Origin: a virus
Lineage: Duplodnaviria > Caudoviricetes
Reading direction: 5' to 3' (one strand)
IMG/VR virus record: IMGVR_UViG_2882828558_000007
Coordinates: 12,097-76,096 of that record
DNA: 64,000 bases
The translations under genes were made by a program, and so were the position numbers. Positions 62,467 to 64,000 of the stretch are shown here, piece by piece (the first letter of the stretch is position 1; each line of letters begins with the position of its first letter). Below the pieces are notes generated by a model, which was given only the letters and a program-made list of their open reading frames with translations, searched no databases and had not been told where the DNA came from.

Positions 62467-63206
62467 GTATCACCGACGAGATGGTCGAGCGTGCTCGTGC
62501 GTCGTTGTACGGCTGCAATGGAAATCCACTCACCCGGCAGAACATTCGCTCCGCCCTCACCGCCGCCTTATCCGATCAAGAGCGGGCGGTAGAGGTGAAG
62601 GTCAAGCCGCTGGAGTGGGGCGGCGACGGCGATTGTTATGCATTCGCCGATGTTACTCATCAATCCTATTCCATCGTCTTCGAAGAGGGGAAATTCTGGT
62701 CGAATTGGGACATGTCGCTTCCCCCGTTCGGTACTATAGAAGCCGCCAAGACCGCCGCCCAAGCGGACTACGAGCAGCGCATCCGCTCCGCCCTTGTCGA
62801 TGTGCCGGTAGAGCCGGGCATACCGACCGCAAACTGTTGCGTTTGCAGACGGATCATCGACACCCGCGAGAAATCGGAAGGTGGTGATGATTTCGGCGAC
62901 GAGACCGAGCCCGGAAAGTGGACATGCTCGGTGCAGTGTTACGACGCTTACGTGGGCTTCGTTCCCGATGAGCCGGCTCCCCATAGAGAAGGAGAGGACA
63001 GCGCGGAGGTGGAGGACGAACGTCTAGCCTTCGAAGGCTGGGCGATCGGAAATGGCCTCTTCTTGGATGAGCGCTTTTTCGAAGACGGAAACAACTACAT
63101 CGATCATGTGACGCGCCTCGCCTACGACGTGTGGATGGCGCGATCTGCCCTCGCCGCCACGCGCAGCGCTTCCGCCACAAGTGCGAAGGGGTGCGCCGAT
63201 GAGTGA
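62463..63206 (+). CDS. Mosaic phage hypothetical protein
   Basis: VKVKPLEW...AAQADYEQRIRSAL module; coupled. Confidence 0.65.
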   Translation: MSITDEMVERARASLYGCNGNPLTRQNIRSALTAALSDQERAVEVKVKPLEWGGDGDCYAFADVTHQSYSIVFEEGKFWSNWDMSLPPFGTIEAAKTAAQADYEQRIRSALVDVPVEPGIPTANCCVCRRIIDTREKSEGGDDFGDETEPGKWTCSVQCYDAYVGFVPDEPAPHREGEDSAEVEDERLAFEGWAIGNGLFLDERFFEDGNNYIDHVTRLAYDVWMARSALAATRSASATSAKGCADE

Positions 63207-63426
63207 GGCCATCCGCCTTTACCTGCCGTGGTTCATGTCGGCCGTCACGATCTGGATGACGCTTCTCGCCGGCAACAAGCACCGCTCCGCCTGGCTGATC
63301 GGCCTTGGCAACCAGCTTCTCTGGCTCGTCTGGATCATCACGACCGCCGCGTGGGGCCTCCTGCCCATGAACGCGGCGCTCTGGATCGTCTACGGGCGCA
63401 ACCACCTGAAATGGAGGAAGGCATGA
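63199..63426 (+). CDS. Small 3-TM membrane protein (PnuC/PQ-loop-like)
   Basis: W...L.GNK...AW.IG..NQ.LW..W. Confidence 0.65.
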   Translation: MSEAIRLYLPWFMSAVTIWMTLLAGNKHRSAWLIGLGNQLLWLVWIITTAAWGLLPMNAALWIVYGRNHLKWRKA

Positions 63427-63788
63427 AGGATCTGAAACCGTTCCTCGACGACATGCTGTCCATGTCCACCGGGACAGATGGCAGGACGCTTGAAATACAT
63501 TTTAGCCGTCCGGTCACCAAGGAAGACCGGCAGGCCTTCGCTGACGCGCATAATGCGATCGTGCGCGGTCAGCTGGATGCCGACCGCCTGACCGGCTGGG
63601 AAAGCGAGGAAAAGCTCACGATCGAAGAAGCGTGGACGATCCTCTGTGAGACGCCGGATATCACGTCGCCAGAAGAATATCCCGACCATGCGTTGATCAC
63701 GATGGAGCAGCTCGGCAGCTTCATGGCTCGCGCCGCCCCTGTAGAATCTGGAACCTCCCCTATCCTCCAGAGAGGAGAGAGCGAATGA
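63423..63788 (+). CDS. Hypothetical protein
   Basis: ATGA coupling, GGAGG RBS. Confidence 0.6.
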   Translation: MKDLKPFLDDMLSMSTGTDGRTLEIHFSRPVTKEDRQAFADAHNAIVRGQLDADRLTGWESEEKLTIEEAWTILCETPDITSPEEYPDHALITMEQLGSFMARAAPVESGTSPILQRGESE

Positions 63789-64000
63789 AGCTGAATAGCC
63801 TCGAAGAGGAATTCATCGCCGAAATGGCCGCAGAACCCGGTTCCGACAATGAGTGGGCGCACTTTGACCCACCTTTCGTCCGCAAGGCCTACGACCGCTT
63901 TGTCCGCAATGGATGGCTGGAGTACCGCGGCGACGGCCATGATCGCGGCTTCCGCTGGACACCAGCCGGCCGCAACGCACTGGATAAGGAGCGGGGATGA
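63785..64000 (+). CDS. Small winged-helix-like hypothetical protein
   Basis: ATGA coupling; L...GW.E....F.WTPAGR.AL. Confidence 0.6.
   Translation: MKLNSLEEEFIAEMAAEPGSDNEWAHFDPPFVRKAYDRFVRNGWLEYRGDGHDRGFRWTPAGRNALDKERG

Noticed and set aside
35642-63788. C-terminal AA endings alone as proof of ClpX degrons
   Set aside because: Many coincide with GAGG-CGGC-ATGA/GTGA coupling sequences; counted only as supporting evidence where ANDN is also present

Overview
The whole window reads as one temperate, contractile-tailed (myovirus-type) phage or prophage of a rhizobial alphaproteobacterium. No integrase or att site was found inside the window. Left to right it contains: a LexA-box operon; a lysis cassette (GH19 endolysin); P2-like tail and baseplate genes interrupted by a surface-modification moron; lambda-like head genes (terminase, portal, ClpP-type protease, gpD, gpE) interrupted by a helicase cassette; a tRNA(CAT); a replication, recombination and methylation module; two repressors; and the start of the early rightward operon. 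The strongest finding is at 56935-59327 on the minus strand. It is an array of 13 stem-loop units, each enclosing an invariant 30-nt loop CCA-N9-YG-N4-CCA-N9-YG, interleaved with a gene for an IS110/Nop-domain protein that lacks the RuvC domain. This matches a TIGR-Tas-like (TasA-type) RNA-guided system. It sits where cro would be expected, and two guide units lie inside the protein's own coding sequence. The second major finding is that many phage proteins carry ANDN...AA motifs resembling the alphaproteobacterial tmRNA (ssrA) degradation tag. Also notable: a repeated 16-bp operator fused to TTGACA promoters, a conserved ACCAC-AGAGGAG leader with a candidate antisense RNA, and a helicase/terminase-mimic cassette. 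All product calls are from motif recognition by eye; no database search was run.
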